DNA from: a virus
Taxonomy: Duplodnaviria > Caudoviricetes
Length of the DNA: 26,180 nt
Direction: 5' to 3' (one strand)
Virus record (IMG/VR): IMGVR_UViG_3300030395_000077
Span: 1 to 26,180 of that record
Position numbers and translations under genes: made by a program
Part shown: positions 15,501 to 24,799 of the stretch, one piece after another
How the letters are laid out: each line of letters begins with the position of its first letter
How positions within the stretch are numbered: the first letter of the stretch is position 1
Notes under the pieces: generated by a model
Seen by the model: only the letters and a program-made list of their open reading frames with translations
Told to the model about the DNA's origin: nothing
The model's database searches: none

Positions 15501-18500
15501 CGGCAGGGTTGTGAGCAATCTGAAACAATGGAGCAGCATCTCTAGAAATCGGTGCAGGTTCCATAAGTTTATATACAAGTGGGTCTATCACCTCTAAGAG
15601 AGACTTTTGCACTGGAGGCTTACCGCCAAGCTCAAATCCGATCCTCTGGAATATACGACGTATTGCTTCTATAACTCTTTGATAGGCCGTGCCGTATCTG
15701 TTAGGGTCTAGTAGCTCAGATAGAGTAGTTCGCATCTGTTGGTTGGAAGGTATTTCAGCGATAAACTCATCAAAGTTATATGCACTGGGGAAAGCTTCTT
15801 TAACATCGTTATATATTTTACGTAGTGTTAGTACGGGTGCGGATTGTGGGTTGTTTGCAATATATGAAGACATGACAGCGTGACCTACCTCATGTAGGAA
15901 CGTATGTTCTGTCGTAGGTACATTTGTATTAAATGTTATTGTGTTTGTTCTGGGAGCAAAGAACCCTGCAATCTGCTCGCCCTTATCTTCAAAACGTACT
16001 TGCGTGTTCCCCGCGTACTTAGCAAAAGTCTTTGCAAACATTCTAGAGGCGGGGTTTGCATCTGCAGCATACTGCCTCAGTGCATCGGATAAGTTGTTGT
16101 CCTCCAACATAGTCATAACTGTAGGATCTAAAGGCCGATTTCGATCCGTAACAAATTGAGTAAGGAGAGCATCTTTTTTGTTAAACAAGTCTGGGAGACC
16201 TAGAGAACCGTCTCTGTCTTGGGTTAGGTCTTCGTAGGTAAGCCCTTCTCCGTACAAACTTGCTAATAAGTTTTTATCTTCTCTGATCTTTGCCCGCATA
16301 GAGTTTCTTCTGAACTCTAGTTTCTCCATTGCACGTAGGGCTTTTTCGTCGTTGGCTCTGTTAGCAGTCTTGAAGTTTAACGCACGTTCTTCCTCTTTTG
16401 TGAGGAACTCTGTTCTGTCCAGTTTAGATAGCGAGGACTCTGTATCTAAATCTACCACTTTTGTGCTTAGTCCTTCTATCTCTGAAGGTAGTGAGATACT
16501 AGTTGCTAGTCTTTCTTCTCTTTCTTGTTCTACTTGTTCTTTATCTAGTTGCTCGTTTAAACGCTCCGTCGCTCTTTGTTCGTCTGCCTTTACTTTAGCC
16601 TCCATTGCTTCAGCTTGTGTAGGCTTGGGTTTACCATCTCTAGTATACGCATCTGCAAATTGAGCGTCCCACTCAGCCTGTGCCGCTACAGATTCAGGAT
16701 CACGACCAACGGGTCTAGGCTCTACATCCTGTAGTTTTGTTTTAATTTTGTATTGCTTACGACTTTTTGGGTTTAGACGTTCTAGTACATCAGCTTTCTG
16801 TTCGTTGTAACGCTTAGTGGTTTCTGGAGCTAAGTTATCAGTGACCCACTTCTCTGCTAATTTTGCTGTATCCTGATCAAAAGGTTCTGCAAACGCAGCG
16901 GCACGAGCGGCCTGACCCTCGCCAGATAATTTACCCCCTACACGGGCAGGAGCAGTATCGCTAACTTTTATCTGTGTACGTGAGGCTATCTCATCTAGAG
17001 CTGTCTCAGGTCGTTCAAACCTTTCAAAGAAAGTAAATGCAGCTTGTTCTTCAGGTGTTAGAGCAACCTCATCGGGATCATCACGCCGTTCGTATTTTCT
17101 TGATAGGCTGTTAAGTTTTGCAAGATCTTTCGTAGAAAGGTAGTTTTCTGGACTTGACGCTTCTCTGTCACCAACAAGCTCATCATGAAAAACTCCTAGC
17201 TCTGGGTTCTTTTGCTTCCATCCTGCAAACTTACCAACAAAAACATCACGCTCTGCCTGTTGCATTATCAGGTCATTCTGTAGTCCCGCAGGATCGTTGG
17301 GGTCTATGAACCTAGTGCCTTGTGGACCACTAATAGTTGTAGCCTGTGCTAGTAAGGTGTCTGTTGTTATTTCGCTGAATTTATTCTTTTTACGTACGCC
17401 ACCTGCTGCTGCAGAGACAGGTACATCTTTAGTCTTAGACTTGTCTGTGGCTTTTTCTGTAGTGTCCTCTAACTCTGCATCGTCTTTCTTACGAACCAGA
17501 CCACTCATATCTACAGACTCGTCCTCCTTACGGACCAGACCACTCATATCTACAGACTCGTCCTCGTTTGTGACTTCTTCTGTCTCTTCCTCTGTCTCTT
17601 CCTCTTTCTCTTTGGTTTTGTCTTCTACACTTTGTACTTTAGCCTGAGTTTTTATCTGGTCGGTTAATGTATCTGGCTGTACTCCTGTTGTGTCTGTAGC
17701 ACCATCAGTAGACAGCACACCTCCTCCCACTGGTCCATCGTTAGATGATACAGCGTCTTCGGTACTCTCAGCTCCACTTCCGTCCCCTTCGCCTCTAGCC
17801 ACGCTAGGTTGACTATCTCCATCGCCTGTTCCAGTTCCTGCGCTGTCAGCATCATCTGTGGTGGTATCAGTTGCATCGTCTGTCTCCTGCTCTTGTATTT
17901 GACTACTTGCCGAAGCAGTGGAACCTCCAATAGTTTCGTTAAAGCTAGTAGTGCCACGCGCTCGTCCGGGTCTTATTAAATCAACCAAGAACTGCACAGT
18001 ACCACCTGCAGCCCCGCCATAACCCGCTGCTTCTAAGTTACCCTCTCCAAGCTCTTGTTCTAGATTATATCCTTGCTCTATAAGGTTCTGCAGTACGTTT
18101 GCTGCTGTTTCCTGTGCGCCTTCTATACCACCCTGTGCAAGCGCACGTTTTATGCGGTTAAGCCCACCTGTGTTTCTTATACGCCTCATTATAGGGCCAC
18201 CAAGAGGGATAAGTTCAGTAGCGCCTACACCTGCGCCTTGTTTTATAGCTAGATCCCGCTCTGCGTCAGTAGCACCTGCGGCTAACGCTCTCTCACTTGC
18301 CTCACCACTACCCGCTGTAACTGCTGTACCAAACGCTAACGGTATACCAACATACGGTATAAATGCAGGGGCGTACGTACCTGCTACAGATCCTAACGTC
18401 TCACCGAACTTACCTACTTTCGAGTCTTCTAAACCGATGTCTGGTTGTATTTTTCGTTGTACACCATAGGACAAGCTCTTGATAAAATCTCGTGCAGACA

Positions 18501-18798
18501 TCTCTGTCTTATCGTCTAAAGGTAGTAACGCTGCAGTACCAAGTGCTGAAGTTTCTGCAAGACCTACACCACCTCGGCCTATACCTTTGAAGAACTCACC
18601 TACCTGATTAGAAAACCCAGAACCCTCGTCTGTAGGTGATACGCCATATTCAGCTTTATATTCTTCTATAAACTGTGCATCGTTCTGCCTGATTATAGAA
18701 TCAATTTTCCGTTGTTCGTCTGTAGTGGGTTCATCCCCAGCGATAGTAAAACTGTATTTACGTCCGCTAAGTTCACTAGCTTGGATGATGTTACCCAT
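12502..18798 (-). CDS. Giant internal virion/ejection (large polyvalent-type) protein with zincin metallopeptidase motif
   Basis: 2098 aa; Gly/Ala hydrophobic N-terminal region, acidic linker, GFF...NTI...FLHEVGHAV...DEFIAE, and a helical C-terminal region with hydrophobic segments. Last gene of the late block. Confidence 0.8.
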   Translation of the reverse strand: MGNIIQASELSGRKYSFTIAGDEPTTDEQRKIDSIIRQNDAQFIEEYKAEYGVSPTDEGSGFSNQVGEFFKGIGRGGVGLAETSALGTAALLPLDDKTEMSARDFIKSLSYGVQRKIQPDIGLEDSKVGKFGETLGSVAGTYAPAFIPYVGIPLAFGTAVTAGSGEASERALAAGATDAERDLAIKQGAGVGATELIPLGGPIMRRIRNTGGLNRIKRALAQGGIEGAQETAANVLQNLIEQGYNLEQELGEGNLEAAGYGGAAGGTVQFLVDLIRPGRARGTTSFNETIGGSTASASSQIQEQETDDATDTTTDDADSAGTGTGDGDSQPSVARGEGDGSGAESTEDAVSSNDGPVGGGVLSTDGATDTTGVQPDTLTDQIKTQAKVQSVEDKTKEKEEETEEETEEVTNEDESVDMSGLVRKEDESVDMSGLVRKKDDAELEDTTEKATDKSKTKDVPVSAAAGGVRKKNKFSEITTDTLLAQATTISGPQGTRFIDPNDPAGLQNDLIMQQAERDVFVGKFAGWKQKNPELGVFHDELVGDREASSPENYLSTKDLAKLNSLSRKYERRDDPDEVALTPEEQAAFTFFERFERPETALDEIASRTQIKVSDTAPARVGGKLSGEGQAARAAAFAEPFDQDTAKLAEKWVTDNLAPETTKRYNEQKADVLERLNPKSRKQYKIKTKLQDVEPRPVGRDPESVAAQAEWDAQFADAYTRDGKPKPTQAEAMEAKVKADEQRATERLNEQLDKEQVEQEREERLATSISLPSEIEGLSTKVVDLDTESSLSKLDRTEFLTKEEERALNFKTANRANDEKALRAMEKLEFRRNSMRAKIREDKNLLASLYGEGLTYEDLTQDRDGSLGLPDLFNKKDALLTQFVTDRNRPLDPTVMTMLEDNNLSDALRQYAADANPASRMFAKTFAKYAGNTQVRFEDKGEQIAGFFAPRTNTITFNTNVPTTEHTFLHEVGHAVMSSYIANNPQSAPVLTLRKIYNDVKEAFPSAYNFDEFIAEIPSNQQMRTTLSELLDPNRYGTAYQRVIEAIRRIFQRIGFELGGKPPVQKSLLEVIDPLVYKLMEPAPISRDAAPLFQIAHNPAAVDRLFQDATTNSPVFDETAYNKFEELTKQTPKDWSQDKLGTVKGWVLKATPLHYVTRMAEKFAPSAADINNLVNQSGGELQSGYDKVNQVNDGIVKWANKSSKKNIAAWNRLNNIGTSYQVNPALSEREARDKYSPDMYKVYEIIRKDYKRLQRVDRGEPIRLYHQSQNMFKGLVEDLIRAIDTRLEASGVPEQSRAAIRDTFYTNLIKKGKLEPYTPLQRDGGDYWLSLNAIDPVTGRIERYSDSFQGEQARDRAREAIVADAKQNILNAPEGSPARIALESRTQGMSQMSEADALDDMLAVESTQELDATSFMRRAPNASFVNELMAKLEGSGELTAETKDEIANVILKTLPETSYLQSFRMRKGGDLIKARMGYNEDSMKAIADRSRSLIRQSVNIKYKAKMQQALSKVEKEMNESGGNRIDKNELLNSLRSTVRDGPIPERSKTSRALTGIGFNMTLGMNISGGLVNLTQIPLVTLPYLSGKYGIRTTMGGIKGAMSLMKNSGGTRTIMGYGTDANNQAIETEVGSGYSISNVNPRNLTRVQRRILNKMGITPEELQVFIDTGVDLGQFKRSLDHEILDVDRMGGFWSKFNKFSGFIQHHTERINREAALFAAYRGALSKLSPQQRANPDLLLKAAQDAVYDTETTNGGIAAAAAPELGRRNLGAVIFMYKRYGVSMIGMLTEMVMKITKGSPADRRLALYQLAGIYGTSGLLAGVYGMPGFGLATTVIDTVMAAMGMDPGGEDDDAKTMARAYLHEGVYKGGVNYFTGVNIASRVGLSELIYRDSMMDRDWPLLFRMAEQLGGPVIGIALNTERGLNQILEGAANGDTEKLRRGIETISPAAIKNMQKAARFAREGGAYTMDGKPIVQDIADGHLVAQFFGFSPAAYSAQMATNSQTMRLQKAILRKRRQIYNMYARAYFDGDMEGMQRTAQKIVEYNQRYPQYPILQDNLDKSIRGRIRQRAGAYNGLTLNPRLRNMLVEQAERYGDPTIFD
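17488..17565. repeat. 2 x 39-bp in-frame tandem repeat encoding EDESVDMSGLVRK twice
   Basis: 17488-17526 and 17527-17565 differ at a single synonymous base. Confidence 0.95.
17664..17876 (-). CDS. Probable overprinted 70-aa gene nested out of frame in the giant protein gene
   Basis: Minus strand reads gcAGGAGAcagacgATG; the product is amphipathic and helical (MQLIPPQMMLTAQELEQAMEIVNLAWL...WEEVCCLLMVLQTQQEYSQIH), while the host frame here is a D/G/T/S-rich linker. Confidence 0.55.
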   Translation of the reverse strand: MQLIPPQMMLTAQELEQAMEIVNLAWLEAKGTEVELRVPKTLYHLTMDQWEEVCCLLMVLQTQQEYSQIH

Positions 18799-18808
18799 GT
18801 AGCTACTC

Positions 18809-21694
18809 CTACGTCAGATCATAGTTTGCAAATATATCGCTACCCGTAGGTATACTTCCAATAGACGCGGTTGTTATAAGTGCGTTTAACTGATCATCTG
18901 TTTGTTTAATCGCTTCTCTTAATGCAGCGGCTCTATCTGCGAGTGGTCCTTCTGGATTAGTACCCATAGGAGCTATTCTTTCAAGCTGCTCTGCTAGTTC
19001 TTCTCTTCGTTTTAATAAGATACGAGAGGACACTGTTGCCCCTGATATCGCAGCCCTATTTGCGGCGGAGGCTTTAGCTGCATCTATGCGACCTTGTAGT
19101 GCAAGTACCTGTAGTTTGTTCTTGTTGTAACTATCTTTACCTTTTTTCAAGGTATCTGTCCCTGCTTTTAGAGCTTTACCAAGACCTTCACCAAACGTAG
19201 GAGAAGGCATCATGAGTGCTGCACCTGCATTAGCCAAAGCCATAGCTTTATCAAACTCTCTATCTTTCTCTAGACCACTAAGATACTCAGACAACGCTGC
19301 GCTAGATGCCCCAGACTGCTTATCTATAGCACTCTGTTGTTTGTTAAGTAGCTCCATTAACTTGTCTATTTCTGTCTGAGAAGCTGTATCTGTCGCATCT
19401 TGCTCTTCTTCTAGTTGTTTCTTTGTTGCTTTATCTATCTCTCTAAAGTTTGGTGGTTCAGAGCCTACAGCCACGTCTTCAGCATCAAACGCTTTTGACG
19501 CCTTGTTATTTTCTATGGTTGTAAGAAAATCTGATCCAGCTTGAGCAACGTCATCAATAATCTCTAAGCCCTTTGCTCCAGCCTTTTTAGCAAACTCAAT
19601 AACATCTTCTTGTGTCATACCTCTTATGTCTTGACCTAGACCTTCAAGATACAGTTTAGCCCTGTCGAACCTAGACTGAAGAGTAGGTTTAGCATTTGGA
19701 TCAGTCCCACCGGGTATGCCTTCTTGTTGGTTTTCCAATGTCTGTGCGAACAACGCTCCAAGCCCTGAACGACCTCCACCACCGGGCATAGCCTTCTTCT
19801 GGTTTTCTATTGTCTGTGCAAAATAATCTCGCACGGATGACGGTAGGTACGCAAGGGAAGGATCGCCATACACTTCTTCTGGGCTTTGATCGAGGCGACC
19901 TGCTCGCGCATCTTTGAAATAGTCTGCCGCCCTACCTGATACATCAGCCATAGCATCGCCGTAGTCTGGTATTCCTACGCCAGCTATCGATGATTGTAAT
20001 TCTTTTAATGAAAGGCCGTAAGGATATACGCCTTGTATACGCTCTGGCGGTTGAATTAAGTCACCAAACTCATCATACTTAGGTATTGGTGCTAACCGAC
20101 CAAATTGTCCTTTTGGTTCGTAGCTTTTCAATATCTCAGACAAGACTTGTTGTTTCATGTCTTCACTCTCAGGCATAGAACCTGCTAGTGTTGCCTCATA
20201 TTGATTAGCAAGATCTGGTTTATAAGTATCACCCTCAAAGATTCTAGGGACTACCGCTGTATTTGATGGCCTAAAAGAAACCTCTTCTGGCCCGACTCTA
20301 AGAGGCACGGGTGTGGTCTCAGAAGCGAGTAAATCTCTAATTTGCGCTGCCTTCCTAGCTTCTGCCTCTTCTAATGCCTTACCACCTAACTTAAACGGTT
20401 GATTCGCACTGGATGTATTAAAGAATAGTGCATCATCTGAATCCCCATCGGGCATGATAGGTGGTGGTTGTGATATAGTTTGAGTTGGGATACCCAAGCG
20501 TGAAATTTCTTCAGCTACGCTTGATTGAACTGCGGATTCTGGTTTAGGAGCTACAGCTAGAGGTCCAGAGGGAAACACGTCTCCCTGCGATATTGAACGG
20601 TCGCCCATTGTAAATTTAGCCGGACCGTCGGTCATTGGAGAGCCGATCTGATTAGTTCCACGAGGAAAGCCACTAGTAAACCTAGAGTAAGCAGGGTCTC
20701 CAAACCCGGTAAAAGTATCTTTTGGACCAAAAGGTAGGGGCTGTGTAACAGTTGTCGGTGTGCCTTTTAAGAACTCAGTAGGAGTGCCTTCTGCAAATAG
20801 TGATGCGGCTATGCTAGGGTCTCCTCCAGCTTCGACTGGTTTTTGTGCTTCATCAAGAGCAGCCTGTCGAGCCATGTTAATAACATTTAGTTCTTCTAAA
20901 CTAAGCTTCTCTGCTGCTTTTTCTCTGTCATCAAAGGTATAAGCAAAATTAGGGTTAACCCTAGGAAGATTTCGTTGTAGCCAATTACCATGTTTTTTAA
21001 AGAGTTTATCTGATTGCCTGTCTTTTAGGGTTTGCGCCATGTCAAAAATTACACGGGCGTCATCATCCTCAAAAAGAGTGCCTATAGCGTTTAGAGACTT
21101 GTACGCGGTGTCTAGACTTATGTACGCCCCTGCCCCCGCTATTAGATTTAACGCTTCTAAACCTGTTAATTTTGCTTCCTTTAAAACCTTTTTGACGCTT
21201 TTACCTACTTGTATCTTTTTAGATATCTCTAAAGCCCTTGCAGCATCTGGGGGTATTGTCTCCAGTGCTTCTAAGGCTGTCATTTCAGGTTCTTGTGCTA
21301 CTCGTGGCTTACTAAACCCTGCCACATCGTATGATGGTGGACTCATTAGAGACATAATATTACTCATTATCCCACCGGGCTGTGCTTTTACTACGCCACC
21401 CTCTGCCATCTGCATGACGCCCGTATTCTGTGTGTTGTCTGTCTTTGCGTTCATAGCACTCGCTAACTGTGCTATACCGCCCTGCGGCACTCCTACAGCG
21501 TTAATAACTTCTTGAGTGACGGTATTTGCGCCATCAGTTGCTTCTCTTCGCGCTTGATCGCTTTCCATATTTTTTCTACGGTTTAGCTCACTTACAACCA
21601 TATATTGTGGCACTGAGCCTGATTTAAGAACTTGCATAAGTTGCTCTTTAGAGAGACCCTTTAACTTATTCTGCATTTCTATAAGATTGTACAT
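18809..21694 (-). CDS. Probable internal virion/ejection protein, 961 aa
   Basis: Large ORF in the late block; helical N-terminus, MAEGG motif, Pro/Gly-rich middle, and C-terminal ALANAGAALMM..PTFGEGLGKAL plus coiled coil. Confidence 0.65.
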   Translation of the reverse strand: MYNLIEMQNKLKGLSKEQLMQVLKSGSVPQYMVVSELNRRKNMESDQARREATDGANTVTQEVINAVGVPQGGIAQLASAMNAKTDNTQNTGVMQMAEGGVVKAQPGGIMSNIMSLMSPPSYDVAGFSKPRVAQEPEMTALEALETIPPDAARALEISKKIQVGKSVKKVLKEAKLTGLEALNLIAGAGAYISLDTAYKSLNAIGTLFEDDDARVIFDMAQTLKDRQSDKLFKKHGNWLQRNLPRVNPNFAYTFDDREKAAEKLSLEELNVINMARQAALDEAQKPVEAGGDPSIAASLFAEGTPTEFLKGTPTTVTQPLPFGPKDTFTGFGDPAYSRFTSGFPRGTNQIGSPMTDGPAKFTMGDRSISQGDVFPSGPLAVAPKPESAVQSSVAEEISRLGIPTQTISQPPPIMPDGDSDDALFFNTSSANQPFKLGGKALEEAEARKAAQIRDLLASETTPVPLRVGPEEVSFRPSNTAVVPRIFEGDTYKPDLANQYEATLAGSMPESEDMKQQVLSEILKSYEPKGQFGRLAPIPKYDEFGDLIQPPERIQGVYPYGLSLKELQSSIAGVGIPDYGDAMADVSGRAADYFKDARAGRLDQSPEEVYGDPSLAYLPSSVRDYFAQTIENQKKAMPGGGGRSGLGALFAQTLENQQEGIPGGTDPNAKPTLQSRFDRAKLYLEGLGQDIRGMTQEDVIEFAKKAGAKGLEIIDDVAQAGSDFLTTIENNKASKAFDAEDVAVGSEPPNFREIDKATKKQLEEEQDATDTASQTEIDKLMELLNKQQSAIDKQSGASSAALSEYLSGLEKDREFDKAMALANAGAALMMPSPTFGEGLGKALKAGTDTLKKGKDSYNKNKLQVLALQGRIDAAKASAANRAAISGATVSSRILLKRREELAEQLERIAPMGTNPEGPLADRAAALREAIKQTDDQLNALITTASIGSIPTGSDIFANYDLT

Positions 21695-22557
21695 TAGACT
21701 AACCCACGATAAAGACCTAGACCCGCTATCCCTGCACCCAGTGCTTGCTGCATTGGATTGTAGTTTTGGAACCCTGTTACTGTTCTATTAGGTTGCACAG
21801 GAATACCCTGCAAAATATTTGATAGGAACCCAAGCTGATCTTTGTTAAAGCCCTGTTGCCTAAGAAAGTCTTGATACCCAATATCCAGCCCTGCTTGCGT
21901 CTCACCAAGCTGTGCTTTACCGATACCTTCTAGTAACTGTGCGCCTTGTATGTCGGCGGCTCTACGTTGGCCCGCTAACCCAGCATACTGTCCAAGTCCA
22001 GCTAGACCTGTCTGCCTATCTCTATCAAATGCTGCTTGTGCGTCTCTAAACGCGGCCTCTCTGCCCATAGCATCAATATCGCCAAGCTGCTGCTGTAGCC
22101 CTTCTTGCGCCAAATAATCTGCAACGGCTGTCCTTGATCCACCAAATGCCCCTTGTTTTACTGCGTCTGCTGCCCTAGCTGCACCTGTTCGGTTAAAATC
22201 TCGTATAGCAGCGGTCTTCTGCCTGTCTAAAACAGTATCTAGGTATGGGTTCATATACTGATCTGCAACTGCACCCGTAAACTGACCGGGCATCGAGAGT
22301 GCGCCTACACCCTGTATCGCGGTGTCTAGTTCTGGCATCCCTGCCCCTGCTACATTCCGCACCATATTTCTGGAGTCAACTATATCTTGGACATCTCCAG
22401 ACTGCGCTAACCGTTGACCTTCAAAAGGCGTGTATTGCTTGTTGGACTCCGCCTCAGTACGCTCCATAAGGTTTTCGTAGTACGGACGAGCATACTCTGG
22501 TAGCTCTGTAACGTACGTCTGTTTACCTGTTTCTGCCTGTCTTCTACCCTTGCCCAT
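21694..22557 (-). CDS. Probable DNA-transfer/ejection protein
   Basis: LPEYARPY, YMNPY, GAFGGSR, Q/A/G-rich body and C-terminal hydrophobic LGAGIAGLGLY; TAATG coupling on both sides. Confidence 0.7.
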   Translation of the reverse strand: MGKGRRQAETGKQTYVTELPEYARPYYENLMERTEAESNKQYTPFEGQRLAQSGDVQDIVDSRNMVRNVAGAGMPELDTAIQGVGALSMPGQFTGAVADQYMNPYLDTVLDRQKTAAIRDFNRTGAARAADAVKQGAFGGSRTAVADYLAQEGLQQQLGDIDAMGREAAFRDAQAAFDRDRQTGLAGLGQYAGLAGQRRAADIQGAQLLEGIGKAQLGETQAGLDIGYQDFLRQQGFNKDQLGFLSNILQGIPVQPNRTVTGFQNYNPMQQALGAGIAGLGLYRGLV

Positions 22558-23000
22558 TACGATAGCTCCATTTTATAAGCAATATAGTCTGGCTTCCACC
22601 CGTACTTACCAAGCCAACGACCCCAACCTTTTCTACCATAACCTTCTAAATACTTACAGTTATGGTCTTTAGCATACCTAGAAATCATTTCTTGTGCCAT
22701 AGATAACCATTCTTTCATCCTTGTACCGCCTATCCAGTCCATAGCCATAGCATTTGCTTGTGGGTACAAGATGAGTCTGGTTGTAATAGCTGCAATAACT
22801 TCATCATCTTTGTCATGATCTACAACAATCCACAGGACTAACTCGTCATTTTTTACGAGTGGGTACAAATCATCTACTTCATACTTACCTTTTGCTGTGC
22901 CAACTGACTCTTTAAGTACTTTTGCAACGCTAGACCACACCGCATCTAGATAATCAGTCGGCACTGGTGTGAACATCAACCCTGTTCTTATGTCCTTCAT
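22557..23000 (-). CDS. GNAT acetyltransferase-like protein
   Basis: 147 aa alpha/beta pattern LWIVV...AAITTRL..YP...WIGG...W...AK..NC..LEGYGRKGW.RWL...GW, located among the ejection genes. Confidence 0.55.
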   Translation of the reverse strand: MKDIRTGLMFTPVPTDYLDAVWSSVAKVLKESVGTAKGKYEVDDLYPLVKNDELVLWIVVDHDKDDEVIAAITTRLILYPQANAMAMDWIGGTRMKEWLSMAQEMISRYAKDHNCKYLEGYGRKGWGRWLGKYGWKPDYIAYKMELS

Positions 23001-24139
23001 GTTATAGCACTTCTCATAATTTTTTCAGCGTCTATCTGTTTTGGTTGCTCAGTAGAACCTATTGACTGTTTACGAATTTCTTCTCGCATCTTATCTAGTT
23101 TCTTTGCCCCTGCATCACTAGAACCGTTGCCAATCATAGCAACTGTTGGAGCATCTATCATATACTCGTCTTTACTGGCTAGTAAGTCTTGTTTTCCGTC
23201 TATGGTTGCAGGTACTGAGTCGCTCATGCCGTCACCACCACCTTGCACTTGCCCGTCCATTTTTCCAGTTATATTATCATACTCACCGTCACGTACGTCC
23301 GTGATTAAATCTTTTAGTGCCTCTTCACCGTATTCGTTTACAAACATAGCCAATGCTATAGACGCTTGTTCCTCAGACATGTTTCCTTTCAAGGCGTTTA
23401 CAGCGTTTACGATAACATCCTTTTCGTTCACCCTCTCTGGGGCTGTGTCTACATCCCCGCCTTCTTGAAGAACTTGTACTTTCTGTAGCTCTGATGCAGG
23501 GGGGTTATAGAATCCATAGTTAAACTCTGGGTCTACTCCGGGTCTATACCTTGGCGTAGGGAATCTTATATTGTCCTGTATAGGCATTGTTTCAGTACGT
23601 TGGTAATCAGACTTCTCTGTACCTTCGTCCTTCGGTGCGCTTAACGCACTGCCTAGAGCTGCTCCCCCACCCACACCTGCGGCTAACATTGGGTTGGCTT
23701 TGGCTATGGCTATACCTTGATTGAGTAAAGGAGCCATTATTTTATCACCCTTTGTTGACGCTGCTTTGAAAAAATTAAAGGGTTCTTTAGGGACAAACAT
23801 ACCTGAGTTCTCAAGCGGAGTAATAGGTGTTGGCCCTTTTAGAGCCTCTGTCAGGTTAAAACCATACCCTTTAGACTTGTCTATATAAGGGGCCATAGTT
23901 ATTTGCTTCCCACCAAGCACGCTAACTTCAGGGTTTGTAGGCACAGCCTCACCCATTTTACCTAGGCCACCTAGTAGTTTACCACCCGCAAAGCTCAATA
24001 ATCCTGTCTTTATAGCATCCCCAAAATCGTCTCCTTGCAACAAACTACCGATCCCAGAACCTATAGATCCTGCAAGTAGTGGATTCATTGCGGGAAAGAG
24101 AGCTGGGGCTAAGAAGCTACCTAGAACGGGAAGTACCAT
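22997..24139 (-). CDS. Probable virion/ejection protein with a Gly-rich hydrophobic N-terminus and a C-terminal GDGMSDS domain
   Basis: ATG 24139 after GGAGA (the track start 24154 is an upstream TTG); glycine-zipper-like segments; GGGDGMSDSVPA...EYMIDA..V..IGNGSSDAGAKKL. Confidence 0.65.
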   Translation of the reverse strand: MVLPVLGSFLAPALFPAMNPLLAGSIGSGIGSLLQGDDFGDAIKTGLLSFAGGKLLGGLGKMGEAVPTNPEVSVLGGKQITMAPYIDKSKGYGFNLTEALKGPTPITPLENSGMFVPKEPFNFFKAASTKGDKIMAPLLNQGIAIAKANPMLAAGVGGGAALGSALSAPKDEGTEKSDYQRTETMPIQDNIRFPTPRYRPGVDPEFNYGFYNPPASELQKVQVLQEGGDVDTAPERVNEKDVIVNAVNALKGNMSEEQASIALAMFVNEYGEEALKDLITDVRDGEYDNITGKMDGQVQGGGDGMSDSVPATIDGKQDLLASKDEYMIDAPTVAMIGNGSSDAGAKKLDKMREEIRKQSIGSTEQPKQIDAEKIMRSAIT

Positions 24140-24181
24140 ATTTATCTCCAACAAGTCTGTGTATATACTAGCATTGGTACG

Positions 24182-24799
24182 CTAAGATATCCACTCATAA
24201 ATCTTCTTTGTTTCTTTTACACGATGATCTAATCCAGTGTAACCACCGTTTATACGTTTTGTCAGTCTTTTTATAGTGTCATCGTTGACACCTTCATCAC
24301 ATATTGTCCATAAATTATTCTTCTTAAAGAACCACAGAGCTGTATCCATTGCATAGTCCTCTTCTAACAACTGTGGGTTATCTAGAACTTCTGGGACACG
24401 CATGTCTGATGCAAACGATCTTACGTTGTTATATCCGGTTAATTGTAAAAATCCTCGGCCTATGTAGGCGCTGGCTTTTTCTTTGGTATCGTTCCCCATC
24501 CTGTCGAAATACACGTTTTCAGCCAGTGCTTTAGGGTTTCTGGCAAATGGTTCTGCGCTCTCTTTTGTAGGGAAACGACTAGGCCATACTTTCATAATAG
24601 CTTCTACAGAATAGTTTAGGTTCTCTCTTGTATACTTAAAAGATCCGCTTTCATGCACAACTTGACCTAGTAAATGTGCGCCCCGCTTTGGCGATAGTTC
24701 GTAGTGTGCTACTATAGCTTTGGCTGTGTTAGGACCGAATGCACCGTCTGGGGTTACGCCACACTTCTCTTGTAGTTGTTTTAGTGCTTCAAACGCCAT
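24182..24799 (-). CDS. Endolysin: glycoside hydrolase family 19 with a short N-terminal peptidoglycan-binding motif
   Basis: LQ...GVTPDGAFGPNT; HLLGQVVHESGSF, ENLNYS, GRGFLQLTG, ALWFF, TKRINGGYTGLDHR. Confidence 0.93.
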   Translation of the reverse strand: MAFEALKQLQEKCGVTPDGAFGPNTAKAIVAHYELSPKRGAHLLGQVVHESGSFKYTRENLNYSVEAIMKVWPSRFPTKESAEPFARNPKALAENVYFDRMGNDTKEKASAYIGRGFLQLTGYNNVRSFASDMRVPEVLDNPQLLEEDYAMDTALWFFKKNNLWTICDEGVNDDTIKRLTKRINGGYTGLDHRVKETKKIYEWIS

